A stretch of 20,036 bases of DNA from Verrucomicrobiota bacterium. Its GTDB lineage: Bacteria; Verrucomicrobiota; Verrucomicrobiia; Opitutales; Coraliomargaritaceae. Below, piece after piece: positions 1-8,632 of this stretch; position 1 is the first letter of the stretch, and each line of letters starts with the position of its first letter. The position numbers and the translations under genes are program-made. The stretch covers positions 1 through 20,036 of the forward strand of contig JBCBZJ010000039.1 of NCBI GenBank assembly GCA_039815375.1, in the 5' to 3' direction. The notes below the pieces were generated by a model, which was not told the origin of the DNA, did not search any database, and was given only the letters and a program-made list of their open reading frames with translations.

Positions 1-132
1 GGAGCGAACGTGCGTTCGGTTCAGGAACTGCTGGGACATACTTGTCTGGAAACGACCAGAAGGTATCTTCACCTCACATCTCAGTCGGATGCCAGAAGCG
101 TGATCAGTCCCTTGGAGAAAATGGCCAGTTGA
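1..132 (+). CDS. C-terminal end of a tyrosine recombinase/integrase (partial, runs off the left edge)
   Basis: Frame 1 reads GANVRSVQELLGHTCLETTRRYLHLTSQSDARSVISPLEKMAS*. This has the box II LLGH motif, the catalytic Tyr in TTxxY, and the VxSPL tail common in IntI-like integrases. Not in the ORF track. Confidence 0.9.
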   Translation, partial: GANVRSVQELLGHTCLETTRRYLHLTSQSDARSVISPLEKMAS

Positions 133-320
133 CCTTGCACTTTGCCCAGCCCGTCAAGATGCTGCCGCCATTGGTCTCGGCAATAACTTCCAGGCCACAT
201 CTTGAACGAAAAGCACTACTCAGATGCTAGTGTCTCCCCTTGCCTTGCGTCAATACCTCGTCTCCTGCGAAAGACTATAGGCATAGCCGCAGATGTGAAG
301 GATTCATAGCGGTTACTCAA

Positions 321-360
321 TTGTCCCTTTTTTGTCCCTCACATTTGTAATGCGTTGATA
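321..360. promoter_or_regulatory. Putative integrase arm-type direct repeats plus IHF site (att arm)
   Basis: TTGTCCCT occurs at 321-328 and 332-339. TAATGCGTTGATA at 348-360 is an exact match to the reverse complement of the IHF consensus WATCARNNNNTTR. It lies between the integrase and the duplicated tRNA 5' end. Confidence 0.55.
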
Positions 361-437
361 ACCAGACTTTCTCCCATGAACCCCTGACCTAGAGGACAGC
401 TAGACGCAACCGCTGCGACCTTTCCTGTTCGGGTGGT

Positions 438-749
<312 letters not shown>

Positions 750-891
750 GAAAACGCAAGCTGCGAACCGTAAAAGCGCATGCGCTCATGCATACCAAAT
801 CCTGTCCAAATTAAGTGCGCTCAAAAAAAGACTGGATCAGTCATTTTTCATTAAGAATCCGATTTTTTGAAAAAAATTTAGGGTCATCTGG

Positions 892-1010
892 TTATTCACA
901 TCCGAGTTCGATCTTATTCACACCCGTAAATATCTCTATGTCAGGGGCTTTTTGACTTATTCACATTTTTTGAAATAATTGTTCACAAGTTGTTATCAAT
1001 CAGTGATTTA
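892..1010 (+). promoter_or_regulatory. DnaA-box cluster with IHF site
   Basis: TTATTCACA at 892-900, 914-922 and 957-965, and TTGTTCACA at 979-987, all in the same orientation. AATCAGTGATTTA at 998-1010 matches WATCARNNNNTTR. Flanks are AT-rich. Confidence 0.75.
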
Positions 1011-1023
1011 TGCATATTTTATC

Positions 1024-1086
1024 TTGACTTCAACCTGCTTCTGAATTCTTCTTTTGTCTGTTCCTTCGGGAGCTTGATCTTTGACA
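1024..1086 (+). promoter_or_regulatory. Putative promoter and boxB/boxA-like leader of the ncRNA
   Basis: -35 TTGACT at 1024-1029, with only a weak -10 (TCTTCT, 1047-1052). Hairpin GTTCC-TTCG-GGAGC at 1060-1073 is followed by TGATCTTTGACA at 1075-1086 (E. coli boxA is TGCTCTTTAACA). Confidence 0.45.
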
Positions 1087-2115
1087 GAAGCGAAATGCGT
1101 TAAAGCTACGAAAGTGGCCAAGACGCTTTTCAAGATAAATTTCCGGAATCCATGTCCGGGAAAAATGGTCGGGCAGAACTGGCGTTCCCGGCCCCTGTTT
1201 CAGCCGTCTATCGTGGCGGCAGCATGAACTGAAAAGAGATTGTGAAACAGGCACATGTCACCGACTTCCTCGGAAAGGGTCGTTCCTTTCCGTGAAAATA
1301 ACGACCAGGAAGTCGGCGGTTAGCGGAAGCTGCGCAAAGCGTGATCAAAAGCAAAGCGCGCAGCAAAACCAACTGCGAAACCGAGTGACGCTTCCAAGTT
1401 CAAGGTTTATGAACTGGAGAGCGAACACAGTCGGTCAATGAGACCGAAAGTTGCTACTGTGAGCCAGTATGAGGATCCAAGGGACCGGCGGTATGGACAA
1501 AAGAGCCGCTAGATCGCTACGGTGTCGCAACCGAGGCGGGAAAAAGGAACCAGACCTCGTGGATTGAGCGAGCCATGCAGAAGGCATCAGGCGCACTGAT
1601 GGTGACTGCAGAAGCGCAATAAAATCCGAGACTGCGGGAGGAACCGGAAACGGAGCCGTCCGCCTGAGAAAGGAAATGCAACTTGAGGGTTAAGAAACAA
1701 GACCCGTTGCTTGAGGCAAACGATCCCACATGCAGGATGCCGACCTCGAGTGAAAGGACCGATTAAGGAATCTCAGCCATATTCGGACCGTGTCAGGAGA
1801 GCAGCCAACGGCAGTTGGATGTGAATCCGGGCAGAGAAGTTTCACCCAACAAGTTTTTGGTGGCGACACCGGAAACAGGTTCTGCTGCGGGACCGAAACG
1901 ATGTGACAATTGTCCTTGTCAACGACGCAGCGTCGGGGAACTGGCAGCCCACACCGCTCGACGGGTGGAGCGGGCGCCCAATGCCAGTGAATCGGGGAAA
2001 GAGAGCGTGGCTAGCTCCCACTCCTCACCTTCTCATCACTCTTCGGAGCCATGAGAGGGACACTTTAATCGCTGTTATTGCGATTGGCCCGCAGGTTTAT
2101 ACCTGCGGGTTTTTT
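1059..2115 (+). ncRNA. Candidate large (~1.05 kb) highly structured non-coding RNA (possibly MISL-like or new)
   Basis: No credible ORF. About 20 near-contiguous helices with A-rich linkers and G-U pairs on the + strand. cUUCGg loops at 1065-1068 and 2042-2045, GAAA loops at 1110-1113 and 1647-1650. Long-range helix 1520-1532/1859-1871. Ends at a + strand terminator. The 5' end is inferred. Confidence 0.75.
2088..2115 (+). terminator. Rho-independent terminator
   Basis: CCCGCAGGT-TTAT-ACCTGCGGG followed by TTTTTT. The U-tract is present only on the + strand. Confidence 0.9.
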
Positions 2116-2173
2116 GTGCTAAAATCTGGCGTCTCCGGCAACAAACAAGCTTTAAGCAGGCAATGCGATGAAA

Positions 2174-3907
2174 TCATGAGCGAGGGACGAGCCACATCGC
2201 CTGATATGGTTTGACCGAGTAGCCTCGTTTGCCGGGCTTGGTTTCACGCGCGCGCAGGATATCGTGGAAAACACTATATTTTTCGAAATGTCCGTCCGGG
2301 CAGAGCTGCTTCAAGTGTTTTTCCTTCGCAGTGAGATTGAATACACAGTAGATCGTTTGCTCACCATCCAGAGAAGTGCGCTTATGAACAAACAGGCCTG
2401 AATTTACCTTGAAAACCTCTTGAGGTGCATCCGGATGAAAAGCTGGATATTCGGTCCGACGACGCAACATACGCAAGTATCTCGTAAAAACGAGCTTACC
2501 CACTCCCTTATCGAGGTGGGTTTTGAGCTCGGGCAGCTCCCACTTTCGACGGTTTATCGTGCGATTTTGGCCGGTTTCCTGAACACCCTCTTCGTAATTC
2601 TCAGTTCCAAACAAGCTGTGAATATAAATGCCCGGAATACCACGAAGCGAAAGCGCCAAGGCTTGAGAGCAGAGGAATCGAGACGCACCCAACTTGGCAT
2701 CCTCGGGCATAGCGAGTGCCGAATAGTAGGTGATGTTCATCTCATAAGGCTGCTTCGAACCATCCGGCATAGAGCGCCAGTTTACGCGACCACCGGCCTC
2801 TTGCACGTGATCGATCAGCTTGTCGCGTTCGGCTGTAGGCAGGATACCCTCTATCGGACGGACCCCAACCCCATCGTGGCTGGCAGTGAAGTTAAAGAAA
2901 GTGCAACCGGGAGGCGGAGGCTCCAGATTCATTGCCCATTCAGTCAGATACTTGCCGCTTCCGGTTGTAAACGCATGGAGCAAAAGTGGCGGCAGACTGA
3001 ACTGGTAGACCATGTGGGCTTCATCAGCTCTGCCAAAGTAGCTGACATTCTCGTCATGCGGAACATTTGTTTCGGTCAGGATTATCGCACCCGGCGAAAC
3101 AATATCGCAAATATCCCGGAAAAGCTTAACCATTTCATGCGTTTCGGGTAAGTGCACACAGTTAGTGCCAAGCGTTTTCCAGAGGAAAGCGACAGCATCG
3201 AGACGTGCGATACGCATACCCTTCGAAAGATAGAGGAAGAGGATGTCAATGAACTCAAAAAGCACCTCGGGATTCTGCCAGTTCAGGTCGACCTGATCTG
3301 CGGAAAATGTGGTCCATACATGGGCCTCGCCATCTCGGGTCCGAGTCTTCGTAAGAAGTGGACTAGTGCGCGGACGGACGACATCACTGTAATCGCCATC
3401 CGGGTCCATCGGTAGAAAGTAGTGGCGGGCAGGCTCGATACCGGCGACAAAATCCTTAAACCAGCTGCTACGCGACGAGCAATGATTCATCACGATATCG
3501 AACATGAGGTCGAAATCGTGACCTAGCCATTCAACATCGTCCCAATAACCGCAGTCAGGATCCACCTTGCGGTAATCAATCACAGAAAACCCATCATCCG
3601 AGGACCACGGGTAAAACGGCAAAAGATGAATACAACGAATCGCACCCTTCAGGTTCTTGCGGGCAAAGGTGTTCATCGCTTCAAGCGGCCTGCATTCGCC
3701 GGTATTCTTGATCGTATCGGCATATGTAATCAAAACACTGTCGCGCTCGTCCCATTGGTCGACTTCATTGATGACATTCAGACCCACACCGTATCGACCG
3801 ATGATCATAACGAATCGCTCCATCAGCTTCTCCGCCTGACCACCATAGAGGCGCTCGAGACGTTTCCGAATCTTACGCAGCTGCCCTCTTGAGATTGTTT
3901 TAATCAT
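2174..3907 (-). CDS. GH13_18 sugar phosphorylase, glucosylglycerate phosphorylase-like
   Basis: GH13 motifs RLDAVAF (nucleophile), TETN (acid/base), ASHDG and WTTFSADQVDLN. The ETN and YEMN loops resemble glucosylglycerate phosphorylases (YcjM type) rather than sucrose phosphorylase. gpgS is nearby. Confidence 0.85.
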   Translation of the reverse strand: MIKTISRGQLRKIRKRLERLYGGQAEKLMERFVMIIGRYGVGLNVINEVDQWDERDSVLITYADTIKNTGECRPLEAMNTFARKNLKGAIRCIHLLPFYPWSSDDGFSVIDYRKVDPDCGYWDDVEWLGHDFDLMFDIVMNHCSSRSSWFKDFVAGIEPARHYFLPMDPDGDYSDVVRPRTSPLLTKTRTRDGEAHVWTTFSADQVDLNWQNPEVLFEFIDILFLYLSKGMRIARLDAVAFLWKTLGTNCVHLPETHEMVKLFRDICDIVSPGAIILTETNVPHDENVSYFGRADEAHMVYQFSLPPLLLHAFTTGSGKYLTEWAMNLEPPPPGCTFFNFTASHDGVGVRPIEGILPTAERDKLIDHVQEAGGRVNWRSMPDGSKQPYEMNITYYSALAMPEDAKLGASRFLCSQALALSLRGIPGIYIHSLFGTENYEEGVQETGQNRTINRRKWELPELKTHLDKGVGKLVFTRYLRMLRRRTEYPAFHPDAPQEVFKVNSGLFVHKRTSLDGEQTIYCVFNLTAKEKHLKQLCPDGHFEKYSVFHDILRARETKPGKRGYSVKPYQAMWLVPRS

Positions 3908-5200
3908 TTAACTGTTTTCTTGAGTGCTGGTTTGAGATGAAGGCGCATCGCCGGTCAACATGGCGATATGGTGCCGAAGCACACGACGCAGGACGGTGTA
4001 GCTATAGAAACGGCAAGCCACCTTGTAGTTATGGTCTACCATCGATTTTCGATACTTCGCATCTTCGATCACCCGTCGTGTTTCCTCGATCAAGCGAGGT
4101 GTGATGAATCCATCCATCTCGATCAATTTGAAACCCTTTGGCTCGATATCCTGAATATATATCGAATAGCGATTGATAATGACCGGCACTTTGAAGTAAA
4201 TCGCTTCGAGTAGCGCATTGCCGAAGCCCTCGTAGGTGCTCGGGTAAGTCATCAAGTCAGCGTGCTTATAGATATCCCAAAGCGTGTATATCTTGTTACC
4301 CTCATGGTCTACCTGGCGCACCTCGCCAATCCGTGCGGCAAAGAAACGAAGGTCGACGCCTTCCTGTTTCGCAAGCGCTTCCAACTGGTTTTTATAGTCA
4401 TGGCCCTCATCCCCCGCATCGTGTGAGATCACCAGTTTATAACGTGGATCTTTCAACATACCGACCAATTTGATGGCATGTTCAATGCCTTTACGTGGAA
4501 CGATTCGGGTCGGTTGCAGGATCAGAATATCGTCATCGGTTATGCCGATTTCTTTCCTTATATCTGCGGTGTAGGGGTCTGCTTTTGGTGGCGGGTTATC
4601 AAAATCAAAAACGTTCGGCATAAGGGTGGAATTCACACCTTTGCGAAAAGCGAGCTGCTCAAGGGCAGCCTGGTTAATGCCGATATGGTGGAGGTGCGGC
4701 AAACTCGGAGGAAAAGCCATGTCCAGATAGTCCTTTACGCCTCCCACCGAAAATCTGGTGCGCTCCCAATAGAAATCGTGATGGTGCGCGATCGCAGGCA
4801 TCTGCGTCTCAGCCAGAAACTCGGTTACCGCAATTCCGAGAGGAACATGCATCGGAATCGCCAATACATTCTGTGGTATCAGGATATCAATATCATGGCG
4901 GCTCACGAAATCATACAGCGTCTGCTTCAGGTAGTCCGCCATGTTGTTGATCCGCTCGGTAACCTCCGGATTTCGACGCGGGTGCCCCCAGATCCGCTCA
5001 TTGATCCACTCATTCTCGGGATGCCCGAAGTAAGCTTCGGGAACACAAAAACTGCAACCTGGATCCCGGTCGTTGCGACCGCTATACCAGAAGCTGACAT
5101 GACGATCGTCCCAAAGCACCTGAGCCCATTTAGCACTTTCCAATGAGACGCCATCCGAACCGGCAAAACGAGTTGAAATAAACCCTATATTTTTAGACAT
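3908..5200 (-). CDS. GT4 glycosyltransferase, mannosylglucosylglycerate synthase (MggS)-like
   Basis: N-terminal DGVSLE, HHHDFYWER, TRIVPRKGIE and YPSTYEGFGNALLEA (GT-B ExF motif). It abuts the phosphorylase gene (TAA-ATG). The specific function is inferred from context and recalled similarity. Confidence 0.75.
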   Translation of the reverse strand: MSKNIGFISTRFAGSDGVSLESAKWAQVLWDDRHVSFWYSGRNDRDPGCSFCVPEAYFGHPENEWINERIWGHPRRNPEVTERINNMADYLKQTLYDFVSRHDIDILIPQNVLAIPMHVPLGIAVTEFLAETQMPAIAHHHDFYWERTRFSVGGVKDYLDMAFPPSLPHLHHIGINQAALEQLAFRKGVNSTLMPNVFDFDNPPPKADPYTADIRKEIGITDDDILILQPTRIVPRKGIEHAIKLVGMLKDPRYKLVISHDAGDEGHDYKNQLEALAKQEGVDLRFFAARIGEVRQVDHEGNKIYTLWDIYKHADLMTYPSTYEGFGNALLEAIYFKVPVIINRYSIYIQDIEPKGFKLIEMDGFITPRLIEETRRVIEDAKYRKSMVDHNYKVACRFYSYTVLRRVLRHHIAMLTGDAPSSQTSTQENS

Positions 5201-5289
5201 AAGCGTGCACTAACGTAGTGAGAAATCCGATACGTAGAAACTATACCGGGAGCAAGCTTTTATAGGCTAAGTTTCGACTTATCCGCAGG

Positions 5290-6219
5290 TTACGCTTTTC
5301 CACGAGGATGATGCAGCGCATGTTCATCGACAAGTCGCGAGGCCTGCACCGCTGTATAGATTTGAGTAGTCGAAATATCTGCATGGCCCAACATTTCCTG
5401 AATCGCCCGCAAATCCGCCCCACCCTCCAACAAGTGTGTCGCAAAAGAGTGTCGCAGAAGATGGGGTTTGATCGGCTTCTTGATTCCTGCCTTCCGGGCA
5501 CACGCTTTGATCATAACCCAAACCATCTTTCGCGAAATGGCCTTCCCCTGCTGGCTTAGAAAGAGCTCGCTCCCCGTATGCGATTTAACGAAGTGCGGGC
5601 GTCCGCCGGAAAGGTAGTCTTCAATTGCTCTAACAGCCGCATTCCCGATAGGCGCAATACGTTCCTTCGAGCCCTTTCCAAAGACACGAGCATAGCCGTC
5701 CTCGGGATTGATACTTTGCAGCGAGAGGCTGCACAACTCCGATACACGCAGACCACTGCTGTAGAAAAGCTCCAAGATCGCCCGGTCACGCAAGCCATGC
5801 GGTGTGCTCATCGATGGTGCTTTGAGCAGGGCTTCCACTTCCTTCGGGCTTAAGACATCCGGCAGCCTCCGCGAGAGCTTCGGCGCCTTCGCTAATTGAG
5901 TGAAGTCGTCCTTTCGCATGCTTTCATTAACCAGATGGCGCGCGAGCATGCGCATCGCCGAAAGTTTTCGTGATTGGCTCGTTCGGGCGTATCCCTGCTC
6001 ACCCAGATGAGCAGTCCATTTGTTAGCTAGCGCGGGATCTACGCCCATCCAGTCCTTAGCACCTTTTGCCTGCATGAACACTGCACACTGCACGAGATCG
6101 CGGGTGTAAGCTTGGATCGTGTTTCGGGATAAACCACGCTCCAATTCCAACCAAGCCAGAAAACTATCTACCGGTTCGGCAAAGCTGGAAGGAATCTTAT
6201 CCAAAGGATCATTCGCCAT
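5290..6219 (-). CDS. xerD: Site-specific tyrosine recombinase XerD
   Basis: LERGLSRNTIQAYTRDL, RDRAILELFYSSGLRVSEL, GKGSKER, PHLLRHSFATHLLEGGADLRAIQEMLGHADISTTQIYT and HHPR. The start is probably the ATG at 6219 or 6225. Confidence 0.88.
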   Translation of the reverse strand: MANDPLDKIPSSFAEPVDSFLAWLELERGLSRNTIQAYTRDLVQCAVFMQAKGAKDWMGVDPALANKWTAHLGEQGYARTSQSRKLSAMRMLARHLVNESMRKDDFTQLAKAPKLSRRLPDVLSPKEVEALLKAPSMSTPHGLRDRAILELFYSSGLRVSELCSLSLQSINPEDGYARVFGKGSKERIAPIGNAAVRAIEDYLSGGRPHFVKSHTGSELFLSQQGKAISRKMVWVMIKACARKAGIKKPIKPHLLRHSFATHLLEGGADLRAIQEMLGHADISTTQIYTAVQASRLVDEHALHHPRGKA

Positions 6220-6292
6220 CGTCATTTGAACTTCAGTCTCGAAACAAGCGCCTTGCAAGCTCTGAGGCAGCAATCACAGTAAGCCACAATTT

Positions 6293-7603
6293 ATGAGCCA
6301 ACTGGATACAGGCGAAAGTAAAATCAAACCGACCGACCTGCGGGGCATCCTCAAGTATGTGCCAATGTTTCGCGAACAGGTCTTTGTCATTGCATTGGAT
6401 GGTAGTGTTGTCGCACATGAGATGTTTCCGAACGTCCTGCTCGATATCGCTGTATTGCGTTCGCTCAATATAAAGATAGTGCTCGTCCACGGCGTCGGCC
6501 AACAACTGCGCGCACTTGCAGAAAAGCGAAGCATTCAGATTACCGATCCTCACGGCGAGGGAGTAACTGATTCTATAACTCTCGAGCTGGCGACCGAAGC
6601 TACCTCAAGTGTAAACCTGCAGATTGTCCAGGGCCTGACCAAGAACAAGCTACGCTGCGCGGCATCAAACGCGGTGCGCAGCAAAGAAATCGGCATACTG
6701 AAGGGCGAGGACCAGCTTCTCAGCGGTAACGTCGATAAACTCGATATCAAACTCATTAACAAGTTGCTCGAGAGCGACACAATACCGGTTGTGGCACCAA
6801 TCGCCTTTAACCGCGAGGGCAACTCACTGCGTATAAATTCAGACCTCCTGGCCGCAGAACTCGCCTCCATGCTTGAGGCTTCCAAATTGATTTTTTTAAC
6901 CACTCAGGATGGTCTGAAAATCAATGGAGAGTCCATTACCAATCTTCCTGTCGCCGAGCTTGAAGCCCTCCTGGAAAAACCTGAAGGCGATGCCATCCCT
7001 GAGCGTTTGCGCAGCAAATCAGAGCACGCTATTAAAGCTATTCACGCGAGCACGCCTCGCGCCCATATCCTCGACGGACGCATCTTCGGTGCGCTTCTCA
7101 ATGAAGTTTTCGACAAAGTGGGCATCGGCACGATGGTTTACAGTAACCAATACCAGTCTATTCGACAGGCAATCCTTGCAGACGCTTACTCGATCTTTAA
7201 TATCACACGGAACGCTGTCCGGAGCGAGGCACTGAAAGAACGTTCCCAGGAGTATATCGAATCCGAGATTAACAACTTTCTTGTTTATGAAATTGATGGA
7301 AGCCTAATCGGCTGCACCCATTTGCGGACCTACGAGAACGGCAAAATTATCGAGATCGGCAGCGTCTATGTGCAACCCTTCTATCAGAAACGAGGGGTCG
7401 GCCGCCAGATGATTGAATGCGCGTGCAAGGAAGCTGAAAAGCGTGGCGCCTCTCGAATCTTCGCACTAACGACCCAGGCCAGCAAATTTTTCACTACCGT
7501 TTGTGGTTTTACCGAAGGCAGCCTCTCCGATCTTCCGGAAGAACGTAGAATCGAAACTGAGCAAAATGGACGTAATTCCAAGGTGCTCTACCTGGATCTG
7601 TAG
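6293..7603 (+). CDS. argA: Amino-acid N-acetyltransferase (N-acetylglutamate synthase)
   Basis: N-terminal amino-acid-kinase-like domain (FVIALDG, VLVHG, INSDLLA, RAHILDG) fused to a C-terminal GNAT domain (YVQPFYQKRGVG, FALTTQ). Confidence 0.9.
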   Translation: MSQLDTGESKIKPTDLRGILKYVPMFREQVFVIALDGSVVAHEMFPNVLLDIAVLRSLNIKIVLVHGVGQQLRALAEKRSIQITDPHGEGVTDSITLELATEATSSVNLQIVQGLTKNKLRCAASNAVRSKEIGILKGEDQLLSGNVDKLDIKLINKLLESDTIPVVAPIAFNREGNSLRINSDLLAAELASMLEASKLIFLTTQDGLKINGESITNLPVAELEALLEKPEGDAIPERLRSKSEHAIKAIHASTPRAHILDGRIFGALLNEVFDKVGIGTMVYSNQYQSIRQAILADAYSIFNITRNAVRSEALKERSQEYIESEINNFLVYEIDGSLIGCTHLRTYENGKIIEIGSVYVQPFYQKRGVGRQMIECACKEAEKRGASRIFALTTQASKFFTTVCGFTEGSLSDLPEERRIETEQNGRNSKVLYLDL

Positions 7604-7622
7604 TTGCAGTTTGGATACATAA

Positions 7623-7943
7623 ATGGACCTATTCCACACAACTGACATCGACGGGGTTTCAGAAATCAACCCAAGCGTGGAAAAAATGCGAGAAGTCCTG
7701 GAGCTACTCGATGAACCAGAAATCGAAGACGAGGAGCACCCGGATGTTTCTCTTGTGCACGACCCGACCGGCTGGTCGCTATCAGTATTCCCCAATGGAA
7801 TCGTCACCTTCGAAAATCTCGATGATGAAGATAATACGCCACGCTTCATGAATGGCGTGAGCAGAACAGATGTCCTGAAGATGTGGCAGGAGCTTTCACG
7901 GGGTAAGATTGAACGGTTACTCAATCAGGCTTGGTCCCGTTAA
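7623..7943 (+). CDS. Hypothetical small acidic protein
   Basis: 106-aa ORF starting 19 nt after argA, with protein-like composition (DEEHPDVSLVH...WSLSVFPNG). Confidence 0.8.
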   Translation: MDLFHTTDIDGVSEINPSVEKMREVLELLDEPEIEDEEHPDVSLVHDPTGWSLSVFPNGIVTFENLDDEDNTPRFMNGVSRTDVLKMWQELSRGKIERLLNQAWSR

Positions 7944-7948
7944 AAGAG

Positions 7949-8632
7949 CTAACCGAACTCTTTCAGCCAACAAATACAGACGACAAAATCCTCAAAGAAA
8001 CGATAGCGAAACTCCATCAAACCAGCCAGATCCCGCAAATCCTGAGGAAACCGCGCATCTATTTGGCTAATCGTCGCTTTCCCGGAACCGAGATCTACAG
8101 AAAGCACAAGATCATGGAAGTTTGCTGATGTGTGCCATTCCCAATATTGCGCTTTGTAAAAGGCTTCCTTCGCACAAAACAACAGCGAGGCCCGTTTCTG
8201 GTCACCTTTGACGAAAGCAGCCTCGAGCGGGTGCACAACACGCTCAATCGCAGCTGGACTGAGCCGATTGGTTTTTTCCAGATCCAGTCCCAGCGCGCGG
8301 TAATACGTATCGCTCGTTGCGATCGCAGAACAGTAGCCACGGGAATGCGAAATTGCCGCAAGAACGCCTTCAGGCCAGCGAGGTAGACCATCCTCATCCA
8401 TAGTGATCGGGCCCGACTTAATCCCCAGTTTGGAAATAGCGGATCGAGCACAGATTCGGCCTGCTGCGAATTCGCGTTGTCGATAGTCGCCTGCCTGCTG
8501 AACGGCTGAAGCTTCCTGCTCAAAAGCAAATCGCGCCTGCTTGGGAATCACACAAACGGCGCTCTGAGCATGTTTAGGTAAAGATGCTTCGAGTGCTGTA
8601 TCGAGCGCTTTTAAAGTCTGAGTAACCGACAT
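7949..8632 (-). CDS. 4'-phosphopantetheinyl transferase (EntD/Sfp-like)
   Basis: RQREFAAGRICAR, PRWPEG..AISHS, LGLDLE and FCAKEAFYKA motifs. Confidence 0.9.
   Translation of the reverse strand: MSVTQTLKALDTALEASLPKHAQSAVCVIPKQARFAFEQEASAVQQAGDYRQREFAAGRICARSAISKLGIKSGPITMDEDGLPRWPEGVLAAISHSRGYCSAIATSDTYYRALGLDLEKTNRLSPAAIERVVHPLEAAFVKGDQKRASLLFCAKEAFYKAQYWEWHTSANFHDLVLSVDLGSGKATISQIDARFPQDLRDLAGLMEFRYRFFEDFVVCICWLKEFG

Noticed and set aside
1059..2115. Identification as RNase P RNA, tmRNA, rRNA, or a group I/II intron
   Set aside because: No GAGGAAAGTCC P4 motif, no tRNA-like ends, no rRNA signature and no interrupted host gene. GAGCCGTCC at ~1653 resembles a domain V start but lacks the closing strand.
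1030..2214. ORFs 1030-1254, 1517-1729, 1815-2054 and 1903-2214
   Set aside because: They are short, have atypical composition and mostly non-ATG starts, and one runs through the terminator. RNA structure explains the region better.
2420..5146. Long + strand ORFs (243 aa and 222 aa) opposite the phosphorylase and GT4 genes
   Set aside because: Antisense shadow frames of well-supported genes.
5290..6219. xerD as the integrase of a mobile element
   Set aside because: It has typical housekeeping XerD motifs and context, and I saw no att or dif site nearby.
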